Assembly: GCA_022563685.1 (NCBI GenBank)
Contig: JADFMY010000001.1
Span: 10,707 to 74,706, forward strand
From: Pseudomonadota bacterium
GTDB taxonomy: Bacteria > Pseudomonadota > Gammaproteobacteria > GCA-001735895
DNA: 64,000 bases
Reading direction: 5' to 3'
Shown: positions 24,352-32,843 of the stretch, piece after piece
Layout of the letters: each line of letters starts with the position of its first letter
How positions within the stretch are numbered: position 1 is the first letter of the stretch
The notes under the pieces: model-generated
The model's input: only the letters and a program-made list of their open reading frames with translations
Told to the model about the DNA's origin: nothing
The model's database searches: none
Program-made: the position numbers and the translations under genes

Positions 24352-25479
24352 ATGAGTCCAAAGCTGACCAGGCGTGGCCGACTGATGATAGCAGTATCCG
24401 GGTTGAGTCTTGCATTCGCAGTGTCGACTGGCGCAGTGTCGACGGACCTGGCTGCGGAAATCGGACCGCTTCCCGAGCTAAAAACAGACTTGCTGAAAGC
24501 CGAGCTGGGAAAGAGGCTTTTTTTCGATAAACGAATCTCTGGCGATGCGGGTATTGCCTGCGCGAGCTGCCATCAGCCGGAGCACGGATTCAGTCACCCC
24601 GATGCATTGTCGCCTGGTTATCCGGGTAATAAGCATTTTCGCAATTCACCTACCCTGATCAACGTCGCACACAAAAAAGTATGGAATCACGACGGCCGTC
24701 TTGGCACCAACCTGAACGATGTGACGCGCGGCATGCTCACCGAATCCTACATCATGAACATGGATATGCGCATCATGCAGGAACGCCTGAAGCAAGATCC
24801 TGTTTATGTGCGTATGTTCAAGGAAGCAGGTTATGGTGAACCTTCCAACGGTAGTGTGCGTAAAGCCATTCCTGAATACCTGAAGACACTTACTTCGCGT
24901 GGTGCGCCATTTGACAAGGCTAAGATGTCGCGTTCGGCTAAACGCGGCATGAAGCTGTTTACCGGCAAAGCCGGGTGCATCAGCTGCCATAGCGGCGCCA
25001 ACTTCACCGATGGGCAGGCGCATAACACCGGAGTCCCGGAAAACTGGGACGTATTTCTCGACCCGGCGCGTCACCAGGCGTTCCTCGCCTACGGCCTGTT
25101 TATGGGGGTTGAAAATCTCTTCAGCCTGAAGCGCGACCCGGGCGCCCATGTACAGTCGCATAAGGCAGACGGTTCCGATATGGGCAAGTTCATGACGCCG
25201 ACATTACGCGAGCTCGCCTACACCGCTCCCTACATGCATAACGGCATGATCAAAACACTGGATGAAGTGGTGGAGTTCTACAATCAGGGCGGTGGTCGGG
25301 ATTCGAACAAGAGTGCGTTGATGAAACCGCTGAAGCTGAGCCAGGCCGAAAAGAAAGATCTGGTTGAATTTCTGCAAGCGTTATCTGGCGAAACTCTAAG
25401 CGGCAAGGAGTTTGTGTGGGATCAGCCCTACCCGGCTGAATACGAAGCTATCGCCGACTGGCGCAACGTTCGAAACTAG
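24352..25479 (+). CDS. dihaem cytochrome c peroxidase (CCP/MauG family), IdrP-like by context
   Basis: Signal peptide. CASCHQPEHGF and CISCHSG haem motifs. C-terminal TPTLRELAYTAPYMHNG block. The ATG at 24352 behind ggagg is preferred to the TTG at 24337. Confidence 0.85.
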   Translation: MSPKLTRRGRLMIAVSGLSLAFAVSTGAVSTDLAAEIGPLPELKTDLLKAELGKRLFFDKRISGDAGIACASCHQPEHGFSHPDALSPGYPGNKHFRNSPTLINVAHKKVWNHDGRLGTNLNDVTRGMLTESYIMNMDMRIMQERLKQDPVYVRMFKEAGYGEPSNGSVRKAIPEYLKTLTSRGAPFDKAKMSRSAKRGMKLFTGKAGCISCHSGANFTDGQAHNTGVPENWDVFLDPARHQAFLAYGLFMGVENLFSLKRDPGAHVQSHKADGSDMGKFMTPTLRELAYTAPYMHNGMIKTLDEVVEFYNQGGGRDSNKSALMKPLKLSQAEKKDLVEFLQALSGETLSGKEFVWDQPYPAEYEAIADWRNVRN

Positions 25480-25494
25480 GTTTGGGAGTAGCTA

Positions 25495-26691
25495 ATGAAT
25501 ATATCGATTCAAAAAACGACTGTTGCTGGTATCGCGCTCGCCGTCTCGATGGCCTACGGGTCTGCTTACGCCGAATTGACCGTCGTTTCTACCGGAACAG
25601 GCGAGGTTAATCCGCCTTTGGCGCCGCTACCGAAAATGCCGGTTCCACCGGATAACAAGATTACACCGGAAAAGGTCGAATTGGGCAAGTTCCTGTTCTT
25701 CGACCCTCGCCTCGGTGGCGATGCCTCCATTTCATGCGCGAGTTGTCACGACCCGGGTCAGGGTTGGGCCTGGACTGAAGATTTTTCGCGTGGCTATCCG
25801 GGCACCGTGCACTGGCGTAATAGTCAGACCATCATCAATTCACAGTTTCTGCAGAAACAGTTCTGGGCTGGCTCGGCTTCATCGGGCGAAAAACAGGCTC
25901 GATCGGCAGCAAGGGGTGGTGTCGCCGGTAATGGCGAAGCCGATTTGATGGAAGCGCGCCTGGCCCTGATACCCGAGTATAAAAAACGCTTCAACGAAGT
26001 ATTCGGTGATGAATGGCCATTGATCAAGAATGCCTGGCGCGCTATCGCCACGTTCGAGAGAACCTTAATCGCCGATAACACCCCGCTGGATGCCTATCTC
26101 GGGGGCGATAAATCGGCTTTGAGCGATGCGCAATTGCGCGGTAAAAAACTGTTTGAAGCCAAGGCAAACTGCATCGAGTGCCATAATGGCCCGCTTGCTA
26201 CCGACGAACGTTATTACAACATCGGGGTTCCCACTGCAGCGCGTTGGGACGATGATGGCATGGCGCAAATTACTTTCCGCTTTGAACAGTATGCCAAGGG
26301 TACAACCGAGGAAATGTACCGCACTATCAAGGACGATGCCGGTTTTTACTACCGCAGTAAAAACAAGTGGGATAAGGGTAAGTTCCGTACACCGCCGCTC
26401 AGATACATCTCCTATACCCCACCGTATATGCATAACGGCGCTTTCTACACGCTCGAAGAAGTGGTCGATTTCTACAATCGCGGCGGAATCGACGAAGAAG
26501 GCAATAGCACTTCGTTCCCTGAAACCAAGAGCGCTTTGATTAAACCATTAAATCTGAGTGATGCAGAAAAAGAAGATCTGCTGGCTTTCCTGGAGGCGTT
26601 CTCGGGTGATGAAATCGAAATCGAAAAACCTGAATTGCCTGATTATGCACCTTTGTTTACCAGGGCCGAATTATTGGAGGCTATAAAATGA
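25495..26691 (+). CDS. second dihaem cytochrome c peroxidase (CCP/MauG family), IdrP-like by context
   Basis: Signal peptide. CASCHDPGQGW and CIECHNG motifs. TPPLRYISYTPPYMHNG. Confidence 0.85.
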   Translation: MNISIQKTTVAGIALAVSMAYGSAYAELTVVSTGTGEVNPPLAPLPKMPVPPDNKITPEKVELGKFLFFDPRLGGDASISCASCHDPGQGWAWTEDFSRGYPGTVHWRNSQTIINSQFLQKQFWAGSASSGEKQARSAARGGVAGNGEADLMEARLALIPEYKKRFNEVFGDEWPLIKNAWRAIATFERTLIADNTPLDAYLGGDKSALSDAQLRGKKLFEAKANCIECHNGPLATDERYYNIGVPTAARWDDDGMAQITFRFEQYAKGTTEEMYRTIKDDAGFYYRSKNKWDKGKFRTPPLRYISYTPPYMHNGAFYTLEEVVDFYNRGGIDEEGNSTSFPETKSALIKPLNLSDAEKEDLLAFLEAFSGDEIEIEKPELPDYAPLFTRAELLEAIK

Positions 26692-27269
26692 GCACAGAAT
26701 TGAAAGTGGGAAAAGAGAAATCGGCGGCGCATGGCAAGTGCATGATGACCCGACGCGGCTTCCTCATGACCAGTGGTGCCGCAACCGCGATGGGTACGGT
26801 GGGTATATCGCTATTCCCGGGTACGGTTAACGCATTCTCATCGACTGCTCAGGTGGTTGGTTATCCACGTAAGAAAATCGCCAGCCTGAGGCAGTTGAAG
26901 GATAACCAGCCGTTTGATTTTAGCTACCCGGATGAGGTTGGAAACAACCAGTGCATGCTGGTCAAGATGGGCGGTGCCCAGGCCGGTGGTGGTGTTGGTA
27001 AAAAGAAAGACATAGTTGCTTTCAGTTACCTCTGCACGCACCAGGGTGGTCCGCTGCAGGGCAGCTATAAAGTAGTGGGCGACCAACGTGTACTGGGGCA
27101 GTGCCCATTTCACCTGTCAACCTTTGACCTGCGCCGACACGGCATCATCGTCTCCGGTCAGGCTTATGAAAGCCTGCCGCAGATTTTGCTGGAGATCGAT
27201 GGCGACGACGTCTACGCCGTGGGTATGTTAGGGCTGGTTTTCGGCCGCAATACAAATTTGAAATCCTAG
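26688..27269 (+). CDS. Tat-exported Rieske [2Fe-2S] small subunit of the AioB/IdrB type
   Basis: Twin-arginine motif TRRGFLMTSGAA. Rieske ligands CTH (CTHQGGPL) and CPFH (CPFHLSTFD). ATGA overlap with the preceding gene. Confidence 0.85.
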   Translation: MSTELKVGKEKSAAHGKCMMTRRGFLMTSGAATAMGTVGISLFPGTVNAFSSTAQVVGYPRKKIASLRQLKDNQPFDFSYPDEVGNNQCMLVKMGGAQAGGGVGKKKDIVAFSYLCTHQGGPLQGSYKVVGDQRVLGQCPFHLSTFDLRRHGIIVSGQAYESLPQILLEIDGDDVYAVGMLGLVFGRNTNLKS

Positions 27270-27281
27270 GAGACACAACAC

Positions 27282-29978
27282 ATGTCTACTAATTATTATC
27301 TACCCGAAGACAGCGCACCCCTGCCACCTAAGCATGCGGAAGTGCTGACAACAGCCTGCGACTACTGCATCGTCGCCTGTGGCTATAAAGTCTATCGCTG
27401 GCGACTCGGTAGCGGCAATGGTGGTACCAAAGCATCGGAAAATGCATTTGGCATCGATTTTCCATCGGCTCCCCTGCAGGATTGGGTCGCGCCCGCGCAA
27501 CACAATGTGGTGATGCACAATGGTGTGCCTCATAACATCGTCATCACCCCCGACAAGGACACCACGGTGGTTAATACCCTGGGCGATTCCAGCATGCGGG
27601 GTGGCCTGATCGCGCAAAAGTGTTACAACCCGAAGACCCCGACTCGTGATCGGCTAACCACACCGCTGGTGCGATTATTCGGTACCTTGCAGCCGGTGAC
27701 CTGGGAGTTTGCACTCGATATTGCCGCCGAGGTCGCCAAACACGTCATTAAAAACCATGGCGCCAATGCTTATTCGGTGAAAACCTACTCATATCAGTAT
27801 GTCGAAAATACCTATGCGATAACCAAGTATGCGCGTCGTCATATCAATACCGCAGCTTTTACCTTCCACGATACGCCTTCGGATGTCACCTCTACTCCGG
27901 GATTTCGTGACGCCGGATTCGATAACTTCGGCCCCAGTTATGATGACTGGGGATCGGCCGAAACCCTGATGATCTGCGGCACCGACCCATACGAAACTAA
28001 AACTATCCTGTTCACCCGGTTCATCATGCCCGCGATTCAGGGCGGTCAAAAAGTCATTATGCTCAATCCACGCGAGACCGCAGGCGTGGCTTATGTGAAA
28101 AAAATGGGTGGCTTGCACATTCAGCTTTATCCAGGTACCGATCTACTGGTGGTTGGCGCTATTGCGCGGGTGATTATGGAAAATGGTTGGGAAGATAAGG
28201 ACTGGATCAAGAAATGGGTCAACAGCAAGTGGGAATCAAGCTCTGGTTTTGGCCAGGGTACGCGTAATACACCCTGGCAATGGCGTACGACCTGGGGCAA
28301 GTTCCAGACCGATGGTTTTGAAGACTACAAGAAGTGGGTGATGGCTCAGAAAGAATACGAGCCCGCCTATGCAGCAAAGAAAGCCGGTATCCCGGTCGAA
28401 CAAATTTACCGGGCGGCTGAAATGATGGCCAGGCCTGTCGGCGGCAAGCGGCCGAAGACTTCGATCGGCATCGAAAAAGGGTTCTACTGGTCCAACAATA
28501 CCGGCAATACCGAGGCAATCGCTTCACTGGCAACCATCTGCGGCGCCGGTGGGCGGCCTGGACAGGTAATTGGCCGTTTTGGTGGTCACCAGCGTGGCGG
28601 CACTAGCGGTGGGAAATACCCCCGTAACAAGTCACCCGAAAAAGTACCTGGCCGCCGCAGACGCGCACTGGATACCGATCGCTGGTTAGTCAGTGGTCAT
28701 ACTCGTTTCGCGCACGTCATCGGCACTACATGGATTCAATCCATGTGCGGTTCACAGAGTCTGGAAAAGGCATTTCATGAACTGGTGACAGCCAACCCGC
28801 ATCAGGTACGTGATTTCGACAAACAGGGCATCATCGACACCTTGAAAAAACGCGCCGATTCCGGTGGCATGGTGGTGATCAATCAGGATATTTACCTACG
28901 CGATCCGATCGGCGCCAAGTTTGCCGATATCGTATTCCCGGCTGCTACCTGGGGCGAAGAAGACTTTGTGCGGGCCAACGGCGAACGCCGGTTGCGCCTG
29001 TTTCAAAAATTCTACGATCCACCGGGTAATTCAAAACCAGACTGGTGGATTATTGCGCAACTGGCCAAACGCATGGGATTCGACGGGTTCGACTGGAAAA
29101 ACTCCAACGAAGTTTGCGAAGAATCTTCCCGTTTCAGCCGTGGCAACCGTAAGGCCTACCACATGGTCAAGGTTGCAGCGCATAAGGAAGGCAAGACCCT
29201 GCACGAAAAACTCAGGGAATTAGGTACCGATGGGATTCAGGGTCCGACCTTTTATAACTATGAAACCGGTGAGTTAATAGGCACCAAACGCCTGCACGAC
29301 ACGACCCTGACCGAAGCCGATCTGATCAAGATGGGCCTCGCTGACGGGGCTCAGGCTGGCAACCTGGTGAACAAGAAACTGACCCACTTTAACAGCCAGA
29401 CCGGCAAGGTGAATATCAACAAGCACCCCTGGAGCCTGTTCTCCGATTTCTGGGAGTGGTTATCACCCAAAGGTGACGAGCTGTGGTATTCCACTGGTCG
29501 TATCAACGAGATCTGGCAATCCGGTTTCGACGATGTCGAAAGGCGTCCTTATTGTACGCAACGCTGGCCCGAGAACTGGGTGGAAATTCATCCCGACGAT
29601 GCCGCTAAACGTGGTATCGAGTCCGGTGACCAGGTCATGCTCTATTCCGACCGGGTTGCGAGACACAAGGATACCATTCTGGGTGTCAAGGGAGATGACT
29701 TCCAGTTCTCCAGTTTACTTAAAAATGGTCATATCGAACTGAGCAAGGCAGCGGTAACCGCGGTTGCTATAGTTACGCCAGCGATTAAGCAGGGCATGAT
29801 GTACGCGAATATGATCGATATGCGCCAGCCATCAAACGCTCTCCAACCCGCAGTGGTAGACTGGATCAGTGGTAACTACAACTACAAAATGGGCGTAGCC
29901 AGAGTCAAGAAACTGGGCGAATCCAAGTATAAGAAGGAATTCCGTAGCTTTTCCTTCGCACCACGGAATATCGTTTAA
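27282..29978 (+). CDS. AioA/IdrA-clade molybdopterin oxidoreductase large subunit (arsenite oxidase-like; iodate reductase-like by context)
   Basis: 898 aa. The N-terminal [3Fe-4S] motif CDYCIVACGYKVY (C-x2-C-x3-C) resembles AioA CHFCIVGCGYHVY. There is no Tat signal of its own, so it would hitch-hike on the Rieske subunit as AioA does. It follows the Rieske gene as in aioBA. Confidence 0.85.
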   Translation: MSTNYYLPEDSAPLPPKHAEVLTTACDYCIVACGYKVYRWRLGSGNGGTKASENAFGIDFPSAPLQDWVAPAQHNVVMHNGVPHNIVITPDKDTTVVNTLGDSSMRGGLIAQKCYNPKTPTRDRLTTPLVRLFGTLQPVTWEFALDIAAEVAKHVIKNHGANAYSVKTYSYQYVENTYAITKYARRHINTAAFTFHDTPSDVTSTPGFRDAGFDNFGPSYDDWGSAETLMICGTDPYETKTILFTRFIMPAIQGGQKVIMLNPRETAGVAYVKKMGGLHIQLYPGTDLLVVGAIARVIMENGWEDKDWIKKWVNSKWESSSGFGQGTRNTPWQWRTTWGKFQTDGFEDYKKWVMAQKEYEPAYAAKKAGIPVEQIYRAAEMMARPVGGKRPKTSIGIEKGFYWSNNTGNTEAIASLATICGAGGRPGQVIGRFGGHQRGGTSGGKYPRNKSPEKVPGRRRRALDTDRWLVSGHTRFAHVIGTTWIQSMCGSQSLEKAFHELVTANPHQVRDFDKQGIIDTLKKRADSGGMVVINQDIYLRDPIGAKFADIVFPAATWGEEDFVRANGERRLRLFQKFYDPPGNSKPDWWIIAQLAKRMGFDGFDWKNSNEVCEESSRFSRGNRKAYHMVKVAAHKEGKTLHEKLRELGTDGIQGPTFYNYETGELIGTKRLHDTTLTEADLIKMGLADGAQAGNLVNKKLTHFNSQTGKVNINKHPWSLFSDFWEWLSPKGDELWYSTGRINEIWQSGFDDVERRPYCTQRWPENWVEIHPDDAAKRGIESGDQVMLYSDRVARHKDTILGVKGDDFQFSSLLKNGHIELSKAAVTAVAIVTPAIKQGMMYANMIDMRQPSNALQPAVVDWISGNYNYKMGVARVKKLGESKYKKEFRSFSFAPRNIV

Positions 29979-30007
29979 ACCGAAGGCCAAAAAGGATGGC
30001 CTGTTAA

Positions 30008-30049
30008 AAGAGTGTGATGGGACTCTCCCCCTCGTTCCGTCACACTCTT
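30008..30049 (+). terminator. hairpin downstream of the Mo subunit gene (possible terminator)
   Basis: aagagtgtga ... tcacactctt forms a 10-bp stem with a 22-nt loop, followed by a short T run. A smaller hairpin (aggcca/tggcct) lies at 29984-30002. Confidence 0.35.
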
Positions 30050-30075
30050 TAAGCCTGGTCAATTTTAAATTGCCG

Positions 30076-30097
30076 TTGACAAGGTCAACCTTGTCAA
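30076..30097. promoter_or_regulatory. perfect 10-2-10 palindrome upstream of modA (candidate operator)
   Basis: TTGACAAGGT-CA-ACCTTGTCAA lies 89 nt upstream of the modA start. A TAGAAT -10-like hexamer sits at 30119-30124. Confidence 0.35.
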
Positions 30098-30185
30098 TAC
30101 AAGTCGCAGAAATTCGCGTAGAATGACCGGGTCGATTTTGGATTCGAATTAACATGAATTCAATGATTATCCCTACTCTATAAAG

Positions 30186-30959
30186 ATGATTTGCAGACTG
30201 ATAACGATCTTTGTGTTAGCCACTGCATGGATATGCCCTGTCCAGGCAATGTCTTCGGCCTCCCCCCTGGTAGCAACGGCATCAGGAATGCAATTTGCTA
30301 TCAGGGAAATTGCGCTTAAGTTTTATGAAGACACAGGTATTAAAGTCCGAATCACCCTTGGTTCTTCGGGAAACCTGTATCGACAGATCAAAAATAATGC
30401 ACCGTTTGATTTGTTTATATCCGCAGATAACTCACTCACAAAGAAACTTGAATCGGAGAAACTTACCCTGAACGACAGCGTAGTCATCGCTAAAGGCCGG
30501 TTGGTAGTATTCGCACCCAACGGTTCGCCATTAATCCCCGATGAACATCTTGGCGGGTTGAAAATCGCACTCTCTGAAGGCCAGATAACAAGATTTGCGA
30601 TTGCCAGTCCAAAGCATGCTCCCTATGGCCAAAGAGCAAAAGAGGCACTTCAATCGGCACAGCTATGGGAAGCGGTTAAGGATAAATTGGTGATTGGCGA
30701 GAATGTCTCTCAGGCGGCGCAATTCGTTGTTTCGGGTGCGGCACAAGGGGGTATAATTGCGCAATCCCTTGTTGTCGTGGATGAAATTTCACATCGGGGT
30801 CAGTATGCCCTACTACCCGAGTCCTGGCACCAACCTATACTTCATAGTATGGTGCTCCTAAAAAATGCAGACGAGGCCGCTTTAAAGTTATTCGAATATA
30901 TTAGGTCAATTAAAGGGCAGGATATACTATCACTCCATGGGTTTAACCCTTCTTACTAA
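30186..30959 (+). CDS. modA: molybdate ABC transporter substrate-binding protein
   Basis: Signal peptide. LGSSGNLYRQIKNNAPFDLFISAD matches the ModA block (SG.L..QI..GAP.D.F.SAD). Confidence 0.9.
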   Translation: MICRLITIFVLATAWICPVQAMSSASPLVATASGMQFAIREIALKFYEDTGIKVRITLGSSGNLYRQIKNNAPFDLFISADNSLTKKLESEKLTLNDSVVIAKGRLVVFAPNGSPLIPDEHLGGLKIALSEGQITRFAIASPKHAPYGQRAKEALQSAQLWEAVKDKLVIGENVSQAAQFVVSGAAQGGIIAQSLVVVDEISHRGQYALLPESWHQPILHSMVLLKNADEAALKLFEYIRSIKGQDILSLHGFNPSY

Positions 30960-30975
30960 TTTACCAGGCAAATAG

Positions 30976-31647
30976 ATGGATTGGGGAGCATTCAGGCTTT
31001 CACTACAGTTGGCCTTTTTCACCGTAATATTGTTACTACCGATCGCCGTCCTGATGGCTCGATGGCTGGTAACGCTTCCCCCAGCACCTAAGAGCATTAT
31101 TGAGTCATTACTGACCTTACCTCTCATCCTGCCCCCAACGGTACTGGGGTTTTTTCTTCTTATAACACTGAGCGACTCTTCTTCGATTGGACGAATATGG
31201 CGTTCTATCTTCGACGAATCTCTTGTCTTTACATTTGAAGGTTTGTTAGTCGCATCCATTATTGTCAATATCCCATTTGCTGTTCAACCGGCGCTCAGGG
31301 CATTTGAGGCGATAGGCAGTGATATGCGTGAGGCTGCAGAAACATGCGGTATGAGTTCGTGGCGATCATTCAGGCGCATTGAATTCCCCCTCGCCTGGCC
31401 AGGAATTCTCACCGGAGGGGTGCTCACATTCGCCCATACACTAGGCGAGTTTGGAGTTGTTTTAATGGTAGGGGGAAATATTCCTGGTGAAACACGCACT
31501 GTTGCAATTGCAATTTATGACCAGGTTCAGAGTTTTGATAATGCTTCGGCAGCAACCATGTCAGCCATCTTACTCGCGATATCACTCCTCGCAATCAGCA
31601 TCACCTTTCTATTAACGCGAAAAGCCCTCAGCAGGAACAGGTTGTAA
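30976..31647 (+). CDS. modB: molybdate ABC transporter permease
   Basis: FPLAWPGILTGGVLTFAHTLGEFGVVLMVGGNIPGETRT is the canonical ModB EAA-loop region. Confidence 0.9.
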   Translation: MDWGAFRLSLQLAFFTVILLLPIAVLMARWLVTLPPAPKSIIESLLTLPLILPPTVLGFFLLITLSDSSSIGRIWRSIFDESLVFTFEGLLVASIIVNIPFAVQPALRAFEAIGSDMREAAETCGMSSWRSFRRIEFPLAWPGILTGGVLTFAHTLGEFGVVLMVGGNIPGETRTVAIAIYDQVQSFDNASAATMSAILLAISLLAISITFLLTRKALSRNRL

Positions 31648-31648
31648 A

Positions 31649-32770
31649 TTGTCAGACCCAAATAGTTTAGAAGTCACGATACGACAAACCGACCCGGTTT
31701 TCCTGGATGTCCAATTTAAGGTCAGGGGATCCGAACTACTCGCCCTTGTTGGGCCTTCCGGGGGCGGTAAATCGACAATTTTAAGAACTATCGCAGGGTT
31801 CCAAAAGCCGATTTCCGGGAAGATAACTATCGGTGACAAGGTGTGGTTCAATAGTCAACGGAAAGTATCCGTGGCACCTCGACATCGTCGATTAGGTATG
31901 GTTTTTCAATCCTATGCTCTGTTTCCCCACTTGACAGCCATCGAAAATGTGATGGAATCGATTTCAAACCAACGGGCTACCAACAAAATTAATATGGCCA
32001 ATGAGTACCTGGCCCGAGTCAATCTCAAAGGTCTCGGTGACCGGCGCCCGGATCAGCTATCGGGAGGGCAACGGCAACGTGTCGCGGTCGCTAGAGCCCT
32101 TGCCAGGGAACCTGATGTGCTTTTGATGGACGAGCCCTTTTCTGCAGTTGATCGTGTCACCCGGACCCGGTTGCAACGGGAACTGATCGAACTACGATCA
32201 CATTTATCTATTCCAATAATCTTCGTTACGCATGACATGGAAGAGGCTGCTCGCCTGGCTGATCGGGTTGCCGTGCTCCATGAAGGGAGGATTTTACAAA
32301 CAGATTCGTATGAAACCCTGTCTAAGCGTCCTGTCAATACTACCGTGGCAAAGCTGGTTGGTATTCGAAATATATTTAACGGCAAAGTTTCGAAAATCAC
32401 CGATAACGAAGGAAGACTTCGTTTGCAATGGGGAAACTTTGTGCTGGATACTCCTTATCGAACGGGTTTTAGTGCGAACCAGTCGGTCACCTGGTGTATT
32501 CCATCAGATGGAATCGTGGTCCACCGGAGGAACAGACCTTCGCGAGGGGAGCACGAAAATCCGGTCTCCGGCATTGTTAGCGAACTGTTCCAATTTGGCC
32601 AGACAACCGAACTCATCATCGATGTCAGTGACCCAGACGCGCATCCACTACACTGTTCGATACCAACCCATGTAGCAAAGCGCAATGATATAAGCATTGG
32701 TGTAAATATTGGTGTCTCCCTCAAAGCTGATATGATTCATATCATGGCTGCTGAAAACGCGTGTTCCTGA
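31649..32770 (+). CDS. modC: molybdate ABC transporter ATP-binding protein with a C-terminal TOBE/Mop domain
   Basis: Walker A GPSGGGKST, signature LSGGQRQRV, Walker B LLMDEP. TTG start 2 nt after the modB stop. Confidence 0.9.
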   Translation: MSDPNSLEVTIRQTDPVFLDVQFKVRGSELLALVGPSGGGKSTILRTIAGFQKPISGKITIGDKVWFNSQRKVSVAPRHRRLGMVFQSYALFPHLTAIENVMESISNQRATNKINMANEYLARVNLKGLGDRRPDQLSGGQRQRVAVARALAREPDVLLMDEPFSAVDRVTRTRLQRELIELRSHLSIPIIFVTHDMEEAARLADRVAVLHEGRILQTDSYETLSKRPVNTTVAKLVGIRNIFNGKVSKITDNEGRLRLQWGNFVLDTPYRTGFSANQSVTWCIPSDGIVVHRRNRPSRGEHENPVSGIVSELFQFGQTTELIIDVSDPDAHPLHCSIPTHVAKRNDISIGVNIGVSLKADMIHIMAAENACS

Positions 32771-32843
32771 TTGCCCCGGAAAGGGCATCAAACTCCCGAG
32801 TGAAAATAATTTCTCCTCGCAAACCGTATTTAATCGTTTAGCT

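Noticed and set aside
27282-29978. Calling the large Mo subunit a bona fide arsenite oxidase (aioA)
   Set aside because: The 3Fe-4S motif and the Rieske partner fit AioBA. However, the two co-operonic cytochrome c peroxidases, the lack of adjacent aioXSR or ars genes, and the longer protein fit the idr-type gene set better. Without a phylogeny I leave it as AioA/IdrA-clade.
29979-30185. Moco (moaA-motif) riboswitch upstream of modA
   Set aside because: Hairpins are present, but I could not recognise the conserved Moco-motif core sequences by eye. A covariance-model scan (Rfam Moco RNA motif) would be needed.
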